DNA of 64,000 nt from an uncultured Methanosarcinaceae archaeon (GCA_963721455.1 CAVRJG010000015.1:132499-196498); one strand, 5' to 3'. Shown: positions 21,443-33,763, numbered from the stretch's first letter. Made by a program: numbers and translations. Notes: generated by a model from the letters alone, not told the origin.

Positions 21443-24400
21443 TTATTTTAAGCCGACTTGAGTCAGATTATCTGTTTCTGTCACTGCGAACCTTATAGTG
21501 AATTCCGTCCCATTGTTCCTTTTCAGTTCAAACCCTCCATCTAACTGGTCTACAAGGGAAGTTACCAGTTGAAGCCCCAGACTATCAAGATCTTCAATAT
21601 CAAGATTTTCAGGTATGCCTATACCATTGTCTGAAACGATCAGAGTGAAACTGGTACTCTTATTGTCTTCCTTTTTGCATTCTCCTTCTTCTCTACGGAG
21701 TTTGATTCGGATTTCTCCATTGTCTCTGCCGGTAAATGCATGCTTAAAGGAATTAGAAACAAGCTCATTGACAATTATTCCTAATGGGACTGCAGTATCC
21801 ATATCAAAGAAAGGGTTATCTCCCAGATCCATGCTTAAGGTGATCTCGGTATCTCCCAGGCTGTATGTTTCGAAAAGATTCTCAGCAAGTTCCTGAATGT
21901 ACGGAGAAAAGTTTAGTGTTTCGAAACCTCCGCCTCTATGCAGTTCTTCATGTATCAAAGCCATAGATATTACTCTATTCTGGCTTTCTCTAAAGGCTTC
22001 CAGAACTTCGAAATCTTTAATATTCTCTCGGTTTCTGAACTGTTCAGCCTGAAGATCAAGCAGGGAGGAAATTACCTGAAGATTATTCTTTATCCTGTGA
22101 TGAATTTCTTGTTTACGAGCAGTCTCAATATTTGCCAGAGCTTCTTCAGCTTTTTTGCGTTCGGTAATGTCAATGTACATCACAAGGATCATAGGAGAAC
22201 CGTCAATATCGGTAAACGGAAAGTCGAAGACATCAATAGTACTTCCTTCAGGTGTGGTAACTTCCCAATGGTGAGGCTGACCTGTTTCAAGCACTTTATA
22301 AGATTCGCAGAATTCACAAGGCTTAGTGAGCCCATAGCGATATTCATAACAGTGCCTACCATTCGACTCTCCGAACTTTTCGCGGAAGCTTCGGTTGGCA
22401 AAGGCAACATGGTAATCTGGTGTTAATAAACATATCATTGCTGGAAGCGTTTCCAGCACATCAAAAAGTCGCTTCCGTTCAAACTCGATAGCTTCAGCAA
22501 CCTTAATACGCGCTTCGCTATCTTTAAGCGCTTCCTCAGTCCGTTTTCGCTCGGTTATGTCAATTTGCACGCCGTCCCATATAGTCCGCCCATCAGATAG
22601 TCGACGCGGCCGAGAGTGCAACTGCATCCAGCGTATCTGACCGTCGGGCAGCTGCATAGGTGTTTCCATATCGAAGTCTGACAATTCGCGGGCGCTTTTT
22701 GCCTCAGCTTCTAAGAGCCGTTCAAAATATTCCGGCGGGATTTGCCGGTGCAGTGTACCCGGATCGCGCAATACATCGGATATACTGACACCGTTGAGTC
22801 GCTCGATGCCTGCACTGAAATACAGGAAACGGACACTGCCATCATGCTCATGAGTATATTGATAGACTGCACTATCCGGCAGGTTGTCACTCAGGAGACG
22901 CAACCTTTCCTTGCTCTCGCGTAAAGCTTCCTCCGATCGCTTGCGCTCTGTAATGTCTTGGACTATCCCTGCCATCCCACGAACACTTCCGGTAGAATCT
23001 ACTTGGTGCCGCCCCGCTGCCCAAATCCACCGGATTACACAGTCCACTCGCCGGATACGACACTCGAAACTCCAATCGCCACCCGAGGTTATGGCCTTCT
23101 GGAATTTTTCGTCCACCATCGCTCGGTCCTCAGGCAACACGTGGTTGAGGAACATTTCGTAGGTCCACTTAGGGAGAAGTTGCTCGTAGCCGAAGATGCG
23201 GTCGTGCTCGAGTGATCGCTGGTAAGAATTATGATTCACTAGGTCGAGATCCCACGCGCCGGTGTGTATGGTTTCGAGTGCGAAGTTCAATCGCTTTTCA
23301 CTCTGGTGCAGTGCCTCTTCAGCCAGTTTTCGCGGGGTAATGTCATTGAAAACAACAGCTATTTTTCTGCTGCCTTCATCCCCGAAACGCGAAGCATAGA
23401 CGTCAAACCAGCGATCAAGTTCTTCAATCCGGTTTTCTAACCTGACTGGCTCGCCAGTTATTGCTACCTGGCCGAAGCTCTCGATCCAATAATCTTCGAA
23501 ATTAGGGAGAAGCTCACGAGCTCGCTTGCCTACGACATTCTTAAATCCTGTCATCTTCTCTTGCGACGGATTGGCCTCAAGGATCCGATGGTCCACTGCT
23601 TTTCCACTGTCGTCGAAAATCATCTCGATAATATTGAAGCCTTCGTCGATTGAATTGAACACCGAACGATATTTCTCTTCAGAAATCCGCAAGGATTCTT
23701 CGGCTCTGTTTGCGCTCTGTAATATCTTTTGCAATCTCAAACCGCACATCTCGGCCATCCGGCCACTTTATGATCCGGTCCATGATCATGAAATACCGAT
23801 CCACTGTGGGGTTATAATATTCCCAATGGTAGGGCTTGTCCCTCTCCTTTAAAATAACTTGATTGGTGCAGAAATCGCAGGGAGAATCCCTCCCTTGGAA
23901 TTCCCGGTAGCAAATCCCTCCCACGAGTTCGCCACCGAACTTCTCCTTCATTGCCTTATTTGCGTAAAGTACCTCGTAGGTGTATGGATCAGTCACATAC
24001 ACCACATCGTCGATGCCATCGAAAATGGATAGGAGCTGAGATCGCTCGAAAGACAACATCTCTTCTGCATGCTTGCGCTCGGTGATATCATCGAACAGTG
24101 TGTATACCTGGAAGGGTTTGTCTTCTCCAGCCCGGAAGATGGGTACCGCATTGATGTTGATCCATCGGTAGCGTTTCTCCCTCGGGTTGTAAACTCCCAT
24201 CACCACATTCTGTACTTTCCTCCCAGTCCGAAGAGATACCATAGCTGGATGCTCTAAGCCAGGGAATGGCGAGCCGTTCTCCCGGATAGTAAGGTGTTCT
24301 TCTCCCATAGAAGAGCTGCCCAAAAACTCAGCTGGAGTCTTACCAAGGATCTTCTCAGCTGCCGGATTCATTGAGATAATCTTACCATTGGCATCTTGGT

Positions 24401-25728
24401 AGACTACTCCTTGAAGCATGGTCTCATATAAAAGTCGATAATGCTGTTCAGACTGGAGAAGAGCTTCTTCTGCTCTCTTGCGCTCGGTGATGTCCTGAGT
24501 TATGCCGAAACCGCCGAATAGCATGCCGTCGTTGTTAAATTCAATATATGCCTTTTCACGTACCCACTTGACCTTACTATCCACAATTATGCGATGCTCA
24601 ATGTCATATGGTTCTCCAGCCAATCCAGCCTTCCACTTCTTATCAACATATTTCCTGTCATCCATGTGGACAGTCGAAAGGAAGGTCTCATAGGTTAAAG
24701 GGGTACCTTTTGGAACACCAAAGATACGGTGAGCTTCATCGGACCACGTTAATTCATCTTTGCGCACATTCAAACGCCAGCTTCCGAGATTTCCCACGGC
24801 TTGGGCGCGGTCAAGATCCTCCCGATTCTTCTGTAGCGCTTCCACTAGGGAATCGCGCTCCGCCAGCGATTGGGCCAGCTTGATATTGTTGTAGCTTAGC
24901 TGCGAGACCATGTTGGCAAACGTCATAAGGAAGGACATGCCTGTATCCACAGCCTTCCTGCTCAACCGCGGAACTTTTTCAAGCGCTGCTATGTATTCCT
25001 CTTCATTGAAGCCGTACTTTCTGGCTTGAGATCGGAAAAGCTCATAGTCAAGAGGCTCGTCCTCAAAAAAGAACTGCCCTGAGAAGACATAGCCGACATG
25101 CTGGTTGCCCACGATAATGGGAGTCGCCATGTCCCACATATTGTTCTTGCACTTGTATAGCTTAAACTTTCCAGGAAGAACACCCGCGGATAGCTTTATG
25201 TCACTTTCTATGCAGTGCTTGCAGGCTTCGGGATGAACCCTATGGAATTTGGTGCAGATATCCTGCCATCCAACACCTACCAGAACATTGCCTTTGAGAT
25301 CGTTTATGCCTATGGGAATGTGAACAAGCTTATAGAAATCATCCAAGAGAGACTGGATCGCCTGGGTATCAATGATCTCAGCAAGCTCCAGTTTACTCAT
25401 ATCCCGAACTTCACTTCCCGGAAGTTTTTCTTCAAGCTCTTTCTGGTCGCTTATATCGAATCCAGAAATATTTACGCATTCTTGCTCGGGTAAGGGGTGA
25501 AACACAACCAAGTATACTCTTTTTCCCACTTTAACTTCCATTTTTTCTGGATTATTCTGGGTAATTACCTTTTGCACAATGTCTATCATACTCAAAGGCA
25601 GTTTTTCTCCTGACTTTCACACCCCATTCCTGTAATAAGGACTCACCTGCCTCATTTGAGTAAAGAACTGTCCCATCCTTTTCCACGCTGATTACAGGAT
25701 TCGGGTTCTGTTCAAGAAATTGCTCCAT
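21443..25728 (-). pseudogene. Multi-PAS/PocR sensor histidine kinase (HisKA_2) with two apparent +1 frameshifts
   Basis: Start MEQFLEQNPNPVISV at 25728; PocR domain (WQDICTKFHR, YKCKNNMWD); repeated DITERK; EIHHRIKNNLQ and DNGIG boxes; breaks near 25611 and 23708. Confidence 0.85.
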
Positions 25729-25972
25729 TCATTTTCTCCCATTCAGGCTCTTTTTCTTTGATTGCATTTTTTGACGGCAATGTTTCTATTTTATAAGCAG
25801 TATAATAGACTAATATTCCAATTGTTACAATAATATTTATTTTTGTTTTTATTATATACATTTTAGTATAAAAACGTAAGAAAAATCTGAATACCCAGAC
25901 AGGGGTAAATAATCGCTGAGTATGCACCGACAAAAATGATTTAACTGGACAAATGAGCATGTTTACATTGTA

Positions 25973-26106
25973 TGACTTTATCCCAAAACCAATTTTGATT
26001 CCCAAATTCATAAGAGTTTTAAGAATTGTTTCCACGACCCCAAAGCTTGATTTATTATTCCAAATTTGAGTTTTAGAAAAGCAATTTTGAATTTTGTGAT
26101 CAGCTC
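25973..26106. mobile_element. MITE-like element, degenerate inverted copy of 60733-60865
   Basis: atcccaaaaccaatttt...ttattccaaat...gcaattttga.ttttg.gatcagctc aligns with the reverse complement of the 60.7 kb element. Confidence 0.7.
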
Positions 26107-26139
26107 AGTTAAAACTGTTTTAATCCATTCTCAATATAT

Positions 26140-27308
26140 AGATGGTCCATCTTTATCCGATTGATGTTTTAAAACACCTGAATGTCAGCAGTTCCTTTAA
26201 AGTCCATTTTGAGTCCGCAATTCCTGCTTCTCTTGCAGGTGTATTTTTGCATTCAACCCCTCTTTCATCTTTGTACCTTAATCCTCCATGCCCTCTACAG
26301 AAGTTAAAATGTGTGCAATAGAGCTTCATTTGATTTTCTAACCATTCTTTCACTTTTGAAAACCCTATCGTTTTCCTCGAAACTCTGTTGTTATCCTGTC
26401 TAAAAGTCAGGTTTTGTCTTTCAAGTAAAGTTGTTGAGATTTCACTTTGTTCAATGTCTTCTCCAAAGATGATTTTCTTCTCTACTTTCTCAAGTACCCC
26501 ATTTTTTCTTTTTTTGACTACCTGGGCATACCTCAAATCATCAGAGGGAACGATTTTTGGTTTTTTTGGTCTTCCTCTTTTCCCAGTTCTTGGGAACTCT
26601 CTCCAAAACTCCAAATTGTTTCAAAAGAGCTTCTCTATAAAATTTCAGTCCATCTGTGACAAAAACAGGGATTTTATCCGAAAGATGTTTATTAACTAAC
26701 TCAACCAACTTGTCTGCAACATACTGTTTTCTTGGACCTATTACAAAGTCAAGTATTAGCCTGCAACCTGGTACAAAAGCTACCCACATCCACGGCCCAT
26801 CATCTTCATAATCTTTCCATTCGTGGAACTATTTTTTTTGGATTATTACCCATAGTTCGTCCATTTCTATCTTTGGCACTTCCAGGTTCTTCATCATATT
26901 GTCATTTACTTTATCACATTGTTCAGCTGCACGAGCTAACCATCGCTTTACACTGGCAGGTTGTACCTCTAAAACATCGGCAATGGCTTCAATGCTCATT
27001 CCTTTCATAGACATTTTTAGAGCTAAATCGATAGTTTTCTCATCTTTGCGAAGATCATGATAAAAAGTGTCTGTATGGTCGCAAAATGCTTTGCCGCAGT
27101 GACGGCAAAGATATCTTCTTGTTTTTTCTCCACGACTTATGTAAGTTCCATTTCCAACAACATTGCCTTGACCAGTAAGGCCATGGAGCTCACAGTCTTT
27201 GTTCGGACAGGCAACGTCAGTAAATTGTGGTTTTGGACCTCTTTTCCCCATATAAATTTATATATGATTACTAATATATAATATCAATCAAATACAAATT
27301 GACCATCT
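26140..27308 (-). mobile_element. IS1-family insertion sequence with transposase split into three ORFs
   Basis: Zn finger CPNKDC..CRHCG, HTH, EMDELW, TDG, ERQN..FR; imperfect IRs agatggtccatctttatccgattgat / agatggtcaatttgtatttgattgat; no clear TSD. Confidence 0.88.
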
Positions 27309-27469
27309 TTTCAGGTCGTCCACTGATACAGGGTTGGTGTTTTCAGGATAAAATACCCAACGCGACTTTTTGATTGGCGTTTTGATGCTTTTGCGACACG
27401 ATGGATCTAATCACGCAAAAGTCACGGGAAAATAATGATGGTAGAGGTTATTTCGATTACGCTGGAATT

Positions 27470-27585
27470 AGGACTTGCGTGGTTGAGGGATAAAATCAAG
27501 TACAAACAGCCTCATCAGAATTATAGGGATTTGGACATTTAAATGTTTAATGCTACTGGTTTCTCAGTTCAACTGCGTAAGTCCC
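27470..27585. mobile_element. MITE with GGACTTACGCAGTTGA-type termini
   Basis: ggacttgcgtggttga ... tcaactgcgtaagtcc inverted ends; related end at 29379. Confidence 0.7.
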
Positions 27586-27708
27586 AGGAATAATAAACTA
27601 TCTACAACTGAATACAAATGGATGACCAAAAGAACTGATGATGCAGCAAATTTAGATTGCATAGGGAGAGGTAAAGAAAAAAGCAAGATTTGGGGGTATC
27701 AATAAAAC

Positions 27709-28461
27709 ATGTCGGGAGAGCATGAAAAATACGTGTCTGGGGTGTATGAAAAAAAGATATCGAAACAAAAAAATGTATGGGAAGAGTTTTTTGCAGATAA
27801 GAGAAGTGGCGGCCACAGATCTTCAGCTGAAGAATTTCTTGCTATGGAGGCAAGGGAAAAATTATTCCATCTGGATGGCGGCGAAACACTTCTTGACTTT
27901 GGATGCGGTGCTGGAGAACTCCTGGTTTACTACGCGCCAGAATATGAAAAGACTATAGGAGTTGACTTTTCCTTGTCCATGCTTGATGAAGCAGGCAAAA
28001 GACTAAGGGAAAGAAATTGTGAAAATATAACTTTAATCCTGGCTGACGACAAAACTGTCTGGGACAGGCTGGACTCTTCCTTCGATAGAATAACTGCAGC
28101 TGGAGTATTTCAGTACTTGACATATCAAGAAATTGATGAATTTATTTTTAATGCATCAAACCATCTTAATAAAGGGGGTAAAATAGTATTATTTGACATG
28201 TTGGATCCTCGCTTATACCCATTGTGGAAAATAGGGTTGTTTTCACAAGACAAAACATGCTGGAAATATTTATGCAAAGCAATTTGTGGGGCTAGAAATA
28301 TAATATCAGCAAGCTTGAAAAATCGTCCAAAGAATATTCTAGGCTATTCTCATAATCCCAATAAAATTAAAAAAATTGCAAATAAAAATGGTTTTGAAAT
28401 GATTTGTGTACAATCAATGTATTATGAATACAAATATCATGCAATAATATTTCGGACTTAA
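27709..28461 (+). CDS. Class I SAM-dependent methyltransferase
   Basis: LLDFGCGAG, GVDFSLSML, FDRI...GVFQY. Confidence 0.88.
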   Translation: MSGEHEKYVSGVYEKKISKQKNVWEEFFADKRSGGHRSSAEEFLAMEAREKLFHLDGGETLLDFGCGAGELLVYYAPEYEKTIGVDFSLSMLDEAGKRLRERNCENITLILADDKTVWDRLDSSFDRITAAGVFQYLTYQEIDEFIFNASNHLNKGGKIVLFDMLDPRLYPLWKIGLFSQDKTCWKYLCKAICGARNIISASLKNRPKNILGYSHNPNKIKKIANKNGFEMICVQSMYYEYKYHAIIFRT

Positions 28462-28782
28462 ACGACTGTCCAGATGGACATTGAATCAAAGGTTGTAGAG
28501 TCCAGATAAAAATGGAGCCATTTGACGGTCAATCAAAGTTGCGCTGGCGCACCCAGCTGCAAGCAACGGGGTATGTTCGCGCCAGTGCTCTCGATGCTAT
28601 TCAATTTTCCTACGTTTCTAGGGAAATCCATTAGTCATCGGTTAAGGAATTTTCTTACCTATTATACTATTGATTTTCAAAATAATCTAAACGATTCCTA
28701 ATCTATTTATATAAGCGAATATAATTTATAAGAGATTTTCTGATATTAAACTCACTAATTAATTGCACAGTTAAATACCAGT

Positions 28783-29400
28783 TTGCGGGGAAAAGTTATT
28801 AAAATAGACAGGAGGAAAGGATTTTTACCAGAAGGAACGGAAGCCCATTACAGGGAGCATAACGGAAAACTTGTGATCGAACTTAAACTCAGTAGCCTGA
28901 TGCAGCTCTTTGATTCTTTTGACCCTTCTCCGTTCCATGAAAAAGAGCTTGATCCGGATGCGGAAGAATACATTTACAACTCTGTGGATGAATTCCCCCT
29001 GAAAAAACCTCTTAAGCTCATGATATATATTCCTCCTGCCGAAGTCAGTGCAGAAATCGAAGTTAACCTTAAAAAAGCTATCCTGAACCATTTTTCGTAC
29101 AAGAAACTCCTTACTGAAATCGAACTGAGAAGACTTCTTTATCGGGGAAGAAGAAACCTTATAATAGCTCTTGTTTTCCTTTTTTTGTGCCTTCTTACAA
29201 TTCGGCTGCTTTCGGCTTTTGAAGAAAACCTGATGATGACTCTTTTTTCCGAGGGGCTCCTTATAATCGGTTGGGTTGCCATGTGGGAGCCAATACATAT
29301 TTTCCTCTATGGTTGGTGGCCGATTGTCCACAAACGCGATATTTACCAAAAAATAGTTGATATGGATGTATCTATAGCAGGACTTACGCGGTTGAACTGA
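28783..29400 (+). CDS. Hypothetical membrane protein
   Basis: QLFDSFDPSPF, two C-terminal TM segments (GWVAMWEP). Confidence 0.75.
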   Translation: MRGKVIKIDRRKGFLPEGTEAHYREHNGKLVIELKLSSLMQLFDSFDPSPFHEKELDPDAEEYIYNSVDEFPLKKPLKLMIYIPPAEVSAEIEVNLKKAILNHFSYKKLLTEIELRRLLYRGRRNLIIALVFLFLCLLTIRLLSAFEENLMMTLFSEGLLIIGWVAMWEPIHIFLYGWWPIVHKRDIYQKIVDMDVSIAGLTRLN

Positions 29401-29440
29401 GAAACAAGTAGCATGAGACTTCAAATTGTTTAAATCATAG
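29379..29440. mobile_element. Partial MITE of the 27470 family
   Basis: aggacttacgcggttgaactgagaaacaagtagcat matches the reverse complement of 27540-27585. Confidence 0.65.
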
Positions 29441-29550
29441 TACTTATGACAGACCACTAATGATTTATTTTGTTCCTCCGGTGCACAAGTCCTATCAGGA
29501 AAAACCCTCTTCATCGAATACATCTTTGGATTTTTGGGATGTTAATTGTC

Positions 29551-29913
29551 TTAATTGCCGTCCTTGTGGCTGGCTTTGCGGTCTAATTGGCCGTCAGGGT
29601 AGCCTTCATCATAGCCATGTGTATAACCGTCGTTGTAGCTACGGTTCTGACCCAGGCCGGTTTTGACATCATAATAATTGCCGTCGAACGCGGCATGGTA
29701 GCTGGCTCTGTAGCCTTCTTCGTAGCCTTTCGTGTAGTTGGGGCTTTTTATGCCCCATACACTTCCTGCTACAATTGTCAATGCTACTACAAAAATGACT
29801 ATCAGAAAAAGAGTCAGTATCTTTTTTAGTATAACAAATGGGTGTTTTCCAAATCGTCTGTTCTCCAAACTTTCACCCAATTTAATCCAATTTTTATACG
29901 GTTGGTTTTCCAA
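29551..29913 (-). CDS. Small membrane-anchored protein with GY repeats
   Basis: One TM segment, then YxxGYxxGY motifs. Confidence 0.55.
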   Translation of the reverse strand: MENQPYKNWIKLGESLENRRFGKHPFVILKKILTLFLIVIFVVALTIVAGSVWGIKSPNYTKGYEEGYRASYHAAFDGNYYDVKTGLGQNRSYNDGYTHGYDEGYPDGQLDRKASHKDGN

Positions 29914-30625
29914 TAGACTTCCCCTCGGCAGATGTACTGAGTAAATATTATATTACTAATTAATCATCCAGATTTATTTCTGAAGAGTATAATTATTGGT
30001 AAATTCTCTCGGTATTATATGCAGATTGTTTAATATGCAAATTGTTTATATGCTGCTGAAAGGACTATATATCAAAATCTAGCGACTTTTGGATTTATAG
30101 TCAAGGCCGTAACTTTTGTAACTAACCCGCTTAAGGTCCTCAAGTATCTGCAATAGTTGTTTTGCAATGTTGTTCTGCAATGGTTGTTAGTGTATCGATT
30201 TCAAAAAATAAACCCATTATTAAATGGGAAATTCGTTGATCGATAGATGAATTCTAAATCTTGAGGGTGAGTTACTGATGAGGGTGAGTTACTGATAAAC
30301 GTAAGCAGAAGAATTTCTCTCCATTTTCCCAAACAAGGGAGATGTTTTCGGTTCCAGATCGGATCAATGACTCACGGACATAACCGAAAAATATGATGCC
30401 TGTGATAAATTCACTTTATGCAGCGCTTAAAGGAGCCCCGCACATACCTGAATAATTACTTTTTTACTTAGTTTTTAATATTTGCGGACTCTACGTAGTG
30501 ATATATCTTAGTGGGATTTTTATCCCGGGATTCTTCAGGATATTTTGCTTTTGCTTCTGAAAGTGTATATTTCTTTTGATTTGATCTTCTGAGTCACATT
30601 ATTATATGCGTGGTTTACATTCAAT

Positions 30626-30685
30626 TTTTAGACATCATTTTAGATCTATTTTTAGACATCATTTTTAGACATCATTTTTAGACAC
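30626..30685. repeat. tttttagacatca tandem repeat, about 4 copies
   Basis: Seen directly. Confidence 0.7.
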
Positions 30686-30941
30686 CAAAAATGCGATTGG
30701 TAATTTTAATCCATAAGATAATGTTTTTAGTGGTGCCTATACATTCCTGATATTAATACTACATTTTCACACACGGTAAATTCAAATACAGATATGGAGT
30801 TCGGAGACTATATGGAGTTCCGGGCCTCAACCTGAAGAAACTCCAGAGATTGAAGAAACTCCAATGATAAATGTCCTGTAATAAAGATACAGATAAGAGA
30901 TCACGAAAGCATTTTGTATTATCAAAAAGAAGATTAAAACC

Positions 30942-31505
30942 ATGAAACAATCAATCGGAGCAAAGACACTTGCATTCCCGACTCCAACCTGGGTTGTCGG
31001 CACCTATGATATGAATGGAAAGCCCAATGCCATGACTGTAGCCTGGGCCGGAATCTGCTGTTCGAACCCTCCATGTATCAGCGTATCCTTAAGAAAAGCG
31101 ACTTACAGCTATGCCGGTATTATGGAAAATAAGGCATTTACCGTAAGTATCCCCTCAGAGGATTATGTGAAAGAAGCCGATTACTTCGGCGTCACAAGCG
31201 GAAGGGATGAAGACAAGTTTGAAGAAGCCTGCCTGACGCCGGTAAGAAGTGAACTTGTGCCTGCCCCTTATGTGGGAGAGTTTCCGGTTGTCTTCGAGTG
31301 CAAACTCCTTCACACCCTTGAAGTAGGGCTTCACACCATGTTTGTAGGAGAAATCCTGGACATCAAGGCCGAAGAATCCGTGCTCGATGAAAACGAAAAC
31401 CCCGATATCGAGAAAATCAGGCCTGTCATATACGGGACAGGGAATAGAAGCTATTACGGGATTGGAAAACCGCTTGGAAAAGCTTTTTCGATAGGGAAAA
31501 AATAA
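30942..31505 (+). CDS. Flavin reductase family protein (flavoredoxin)
   Basis: [29 protein letters not shown]. Confidence 0.9.
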   Translation: MKQSIGAKTLAFPTPTWVVGTYDMNGKPNAMTVAWAGICCSNPPCISVSLRKATYSYAGIMENKAFTVSIPSEDYVKEADYFGVTSGRDEDKFEEACLTPVRSELVPAPYVGEFPVVFECKLLHTLEVGLHTMFVGEILDIKAEESVLDENENPDIEKIRPVIYGTGNRSYYGIGKPLGKAFSIGKK

Positions 31506-31714
31506 GGATTTTAACAAAAAACGAATAAAAGGTTCATGCGTTTCAAAATTATACTTGAGGAAAATGAAGTTTCGGGAAGTTATATTGCTATCTGCCTTCG
31601 GAAAAGTCTATTACTATCTGCCCATAGCTTCCAGGCTGCCTTTCAAAGGGTGACACTACACCTAACGAAATATAAACAGGTTTAAAAGATCAGTGCTCCG
31701 GCATCTGACCTTTA

Positions 31715-32893
31715 TTATTTCCCGAACGCTTTTTTTGCCATGACTTTCCATCCCCTGTGGTCTTTTCCCTCAAATTTCTCTGCAACAGCTTCGAGCAGGG
31801 AAGGAATATCCAGGTGCTGGGGGCATTTTTCAACGCACTGTCCGCACTGCACGCACTGGGAGGCATAGCCAGGGACATCGCCTCTTATTATTCCTCCGGG
31901 TTTTGCCGCATACATGAGTTTTGCTTCTTTTTCATTACCTGACAGGTAAAAATTATCGTAGATTTCAAAACAGCCGGGAATGTCCACGCCTGAAGGGCAG
32001 GGCATGCAGTACCTGCAGCCTGTGCAGCCTGTTTTCATTAGTTCCCTGTACTTTTTTTCCACTTTCTTTACAAGCTGCAGTTCGGCTTCAGTCAGGGAAT
32101 TCGGATAGGCTTCATCTGCAATTTTCAGGTTCTCTTCGATGTGGGACTCCTCGTTCATGCCTGAAAGCACAACCGTGACCTCCGGGCGGTTCCAGATCCA
32201 GCGAAGAGACCATTCTGCTGGCGTGCGCTTTACAGATGCCTCGTTCCAGATATCCTGAACTTCAGGGGGCACGGGGTTTGTCAGCTTGCCTCCGCGCAGG
32301 GGTTCCATGATAACAACCCCAAGCCCCTTTGAAGCGGCATATTCAAGTCCCTCTGTACCGGCCTGGTTTTTTTCATCAAGAAAATTGTACTGGATCTGGC
32401 AAAAAGTCCAGGGATACGCGTCCACAATCCGCTTAAAATCTTCAACTGACCCGTGAAAAGAGAAACCTGCGTTTTTAATGCGGCTGTCAGCCTTTGCGCT
32501 TTCGAGAAAACCCATCACATCGAGTTTTTCCATCTTGTCCCACAAAATCCCCACAAGCCCGTGGACAAGATAATAATCAACATGGCCCGTCCTGAGCTTC
32601 TCAAGCTGGGAATTCAGGATTCTGTCCATATCTTCGCGGCTTTTCACAGTCCACGAGGGAAGTTTTGTTGCGAGCCTGACCTTTTCGCGGTAGCCGTCAG
32701 CAAGGGCGTGGCCAAGGAAAGGCTCACTTTCTCCCATGTGGTACGGCCAGGCTGTATCTATGTAGTTTACACCGTGGTCAATTGCATAGCGCACCTGGCG
32801 CGTGGCTCTTTCCTCATCTATCTTTCCATCTTTGAGAGGAAGACGCATGCATCCGAACCCGAGTATCGAAAGCTCGTCTCCATTCGGTGGCAT
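31715..32893 (-). CDS. Aldo/keto reductase with C-terminal 4Fe-4S domain
   Basis: LGFGCMRLP, IDTAWPYH, LATKLP, MEPLRGG, CTGCRYCMPCP, CVQCGQCVEKCPQ. Confidence 0.92.
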   Translation of the reverse strand: MPPNGDELSILGFGCMRLPLKDGKIDEERATRQVRYAIDHGVNYIDTAWPYHMGESEPFLGHALADGYREKVRLATKLPSWTVKSREDMDRILNSQLEKLRTGHVDYYLVHGLVGILWDKMEKLDVMGFLESAKADSRIKNAGFSFHGSVEDFKRIVDAYPWTFCQIQYNFLDEKNQAGTEGLEYAASKGLGVVIMEPLRGGKLTNPVPPEVQDIWNEASVKRTPAEWSLRWIWNRPEVTVVLSGMNEESHIEENLKIADEAYPNSLTEAELQLVKKVEKKYRELMKTGCTGCRYCMPCPSGVDIPGCFEIYDNFYLSGNEKEAKLMYAAKPGGIIRGDVPGYASQCVQCGQCVEKCPQHLDIPSLLEAVAEKFEGKDHRGWKVMAKKAFGK

Positions 32894-32947
32894 TTTTCTG
32901 TAAAGAATCCTTTTCCCTCCTTATATCTTCTTTAGAGTATGCAGGCG

Positions 32948-33763
32948 TTATTTCCAGATAATATCAGCTTTATTTCTTCCCGGAATTTTCCTGTATTTAT
33001 ACTTGGGATAGCCTAGAAGCATAGAATACTGCAGTACATATCCTTTGGGAACTCCAAGAGCTTCTTTTAAGGGCTGGTACTCAGAAGCTCCTATGTGCAG
33101 GAGCCCTGCCCAGCAGGTGCCCAGGCCAAACGAGGGAGCCACAAGGTCAAAGGTTGTAAGGGCGATAATGCTGTCAGTGAATCCAAATGCGTTTTCGGAA
33201 TAAGCGTATACAAGGCCCGGGGCATTTCTGCAGATCGGGTCAAGGCCTGCATCCGCCAGGGCAACAAGAATAGGGAAGGCAGACTTTAAAGGATGGTCCG
33301 TGCCTTTTTCAGCCATCTCCCGCATCCAGTCGATTGTAAGGCCTGCAAACTTTTTAATTTCTGCTGCATCGGTTACCACAAGCCACTTAACCGGCTGCGC
33401 GTTCATACCGGACGGGGCAAAGCGGACTGCTTCAAAAATATCTGCGATTTTTTCTTTTTCAACCGGTTGATCTTTGAAAACCCTAATTGAGCGCCTGCTC
33501 TGGACATATTTTGTGAGCACCTCAGGGTTGATCTTTCCGGTATCGGCTGTATCGTCTTCAGGGAGGAAGGCCTGGTAATCCGCTGTAATTGCATTGGTGG
33601 GACAGGCAGCTTCACAGTGTCCGCAGCGGGAGCAGAAAGCTTCATATTCTGGAGGAAGGAAGGGAAGGCCTTCTTCTCCGGGCATAATAATGCTTACAGG
33701 GCAGATCATAGAACAGATTCCACAGGCTGTGCACTTTTCAGTATCAAAAGAAATAAGGCTCAT
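32948..33763 (-). CDS. Nitroreductase with N-terminal 2x[4Fe-4S] ferredoxin
   Basis: CxxCxxCxxxCP twice, RRSIR, APSGMNAQP, GLGTCW. Confidence 0.92.
   Translation of the reverse strand: MSLISFDTEKCTACGICSMICPVSIIMPGEEGLPFLPPEYEAFCSRCGHCEAACPTNAITADYQAFLPEDDTADTGKINPEVLTKYVQSRRSIRVFKDQPVEKEKIADIFEAVRFAPSGMNAQPVKWLVVTDAAEIKKFAGLTIDWMREMAEKGTDHPLKSAFPILVALADAGLDPICRNAPGLVYAYSENAFGFTDSIIALTTFDLVAPSFGLGTCWAGLLHIGASEYQPLKEALGVPKGYVLQYSMLLGYPKYKYRKIPGRNKADIIWK

Noticed and set aside
25712-26035. 107 aa ORF upstream of the kinase
   Set aside because: Runs through a MITE and AT-rich promoter DNA with no protein-like features
21334-27308. Genomic island integrated at tRNA-Leu
   Set aside because: No integrase and no duplicated tRNA 3' end were seen
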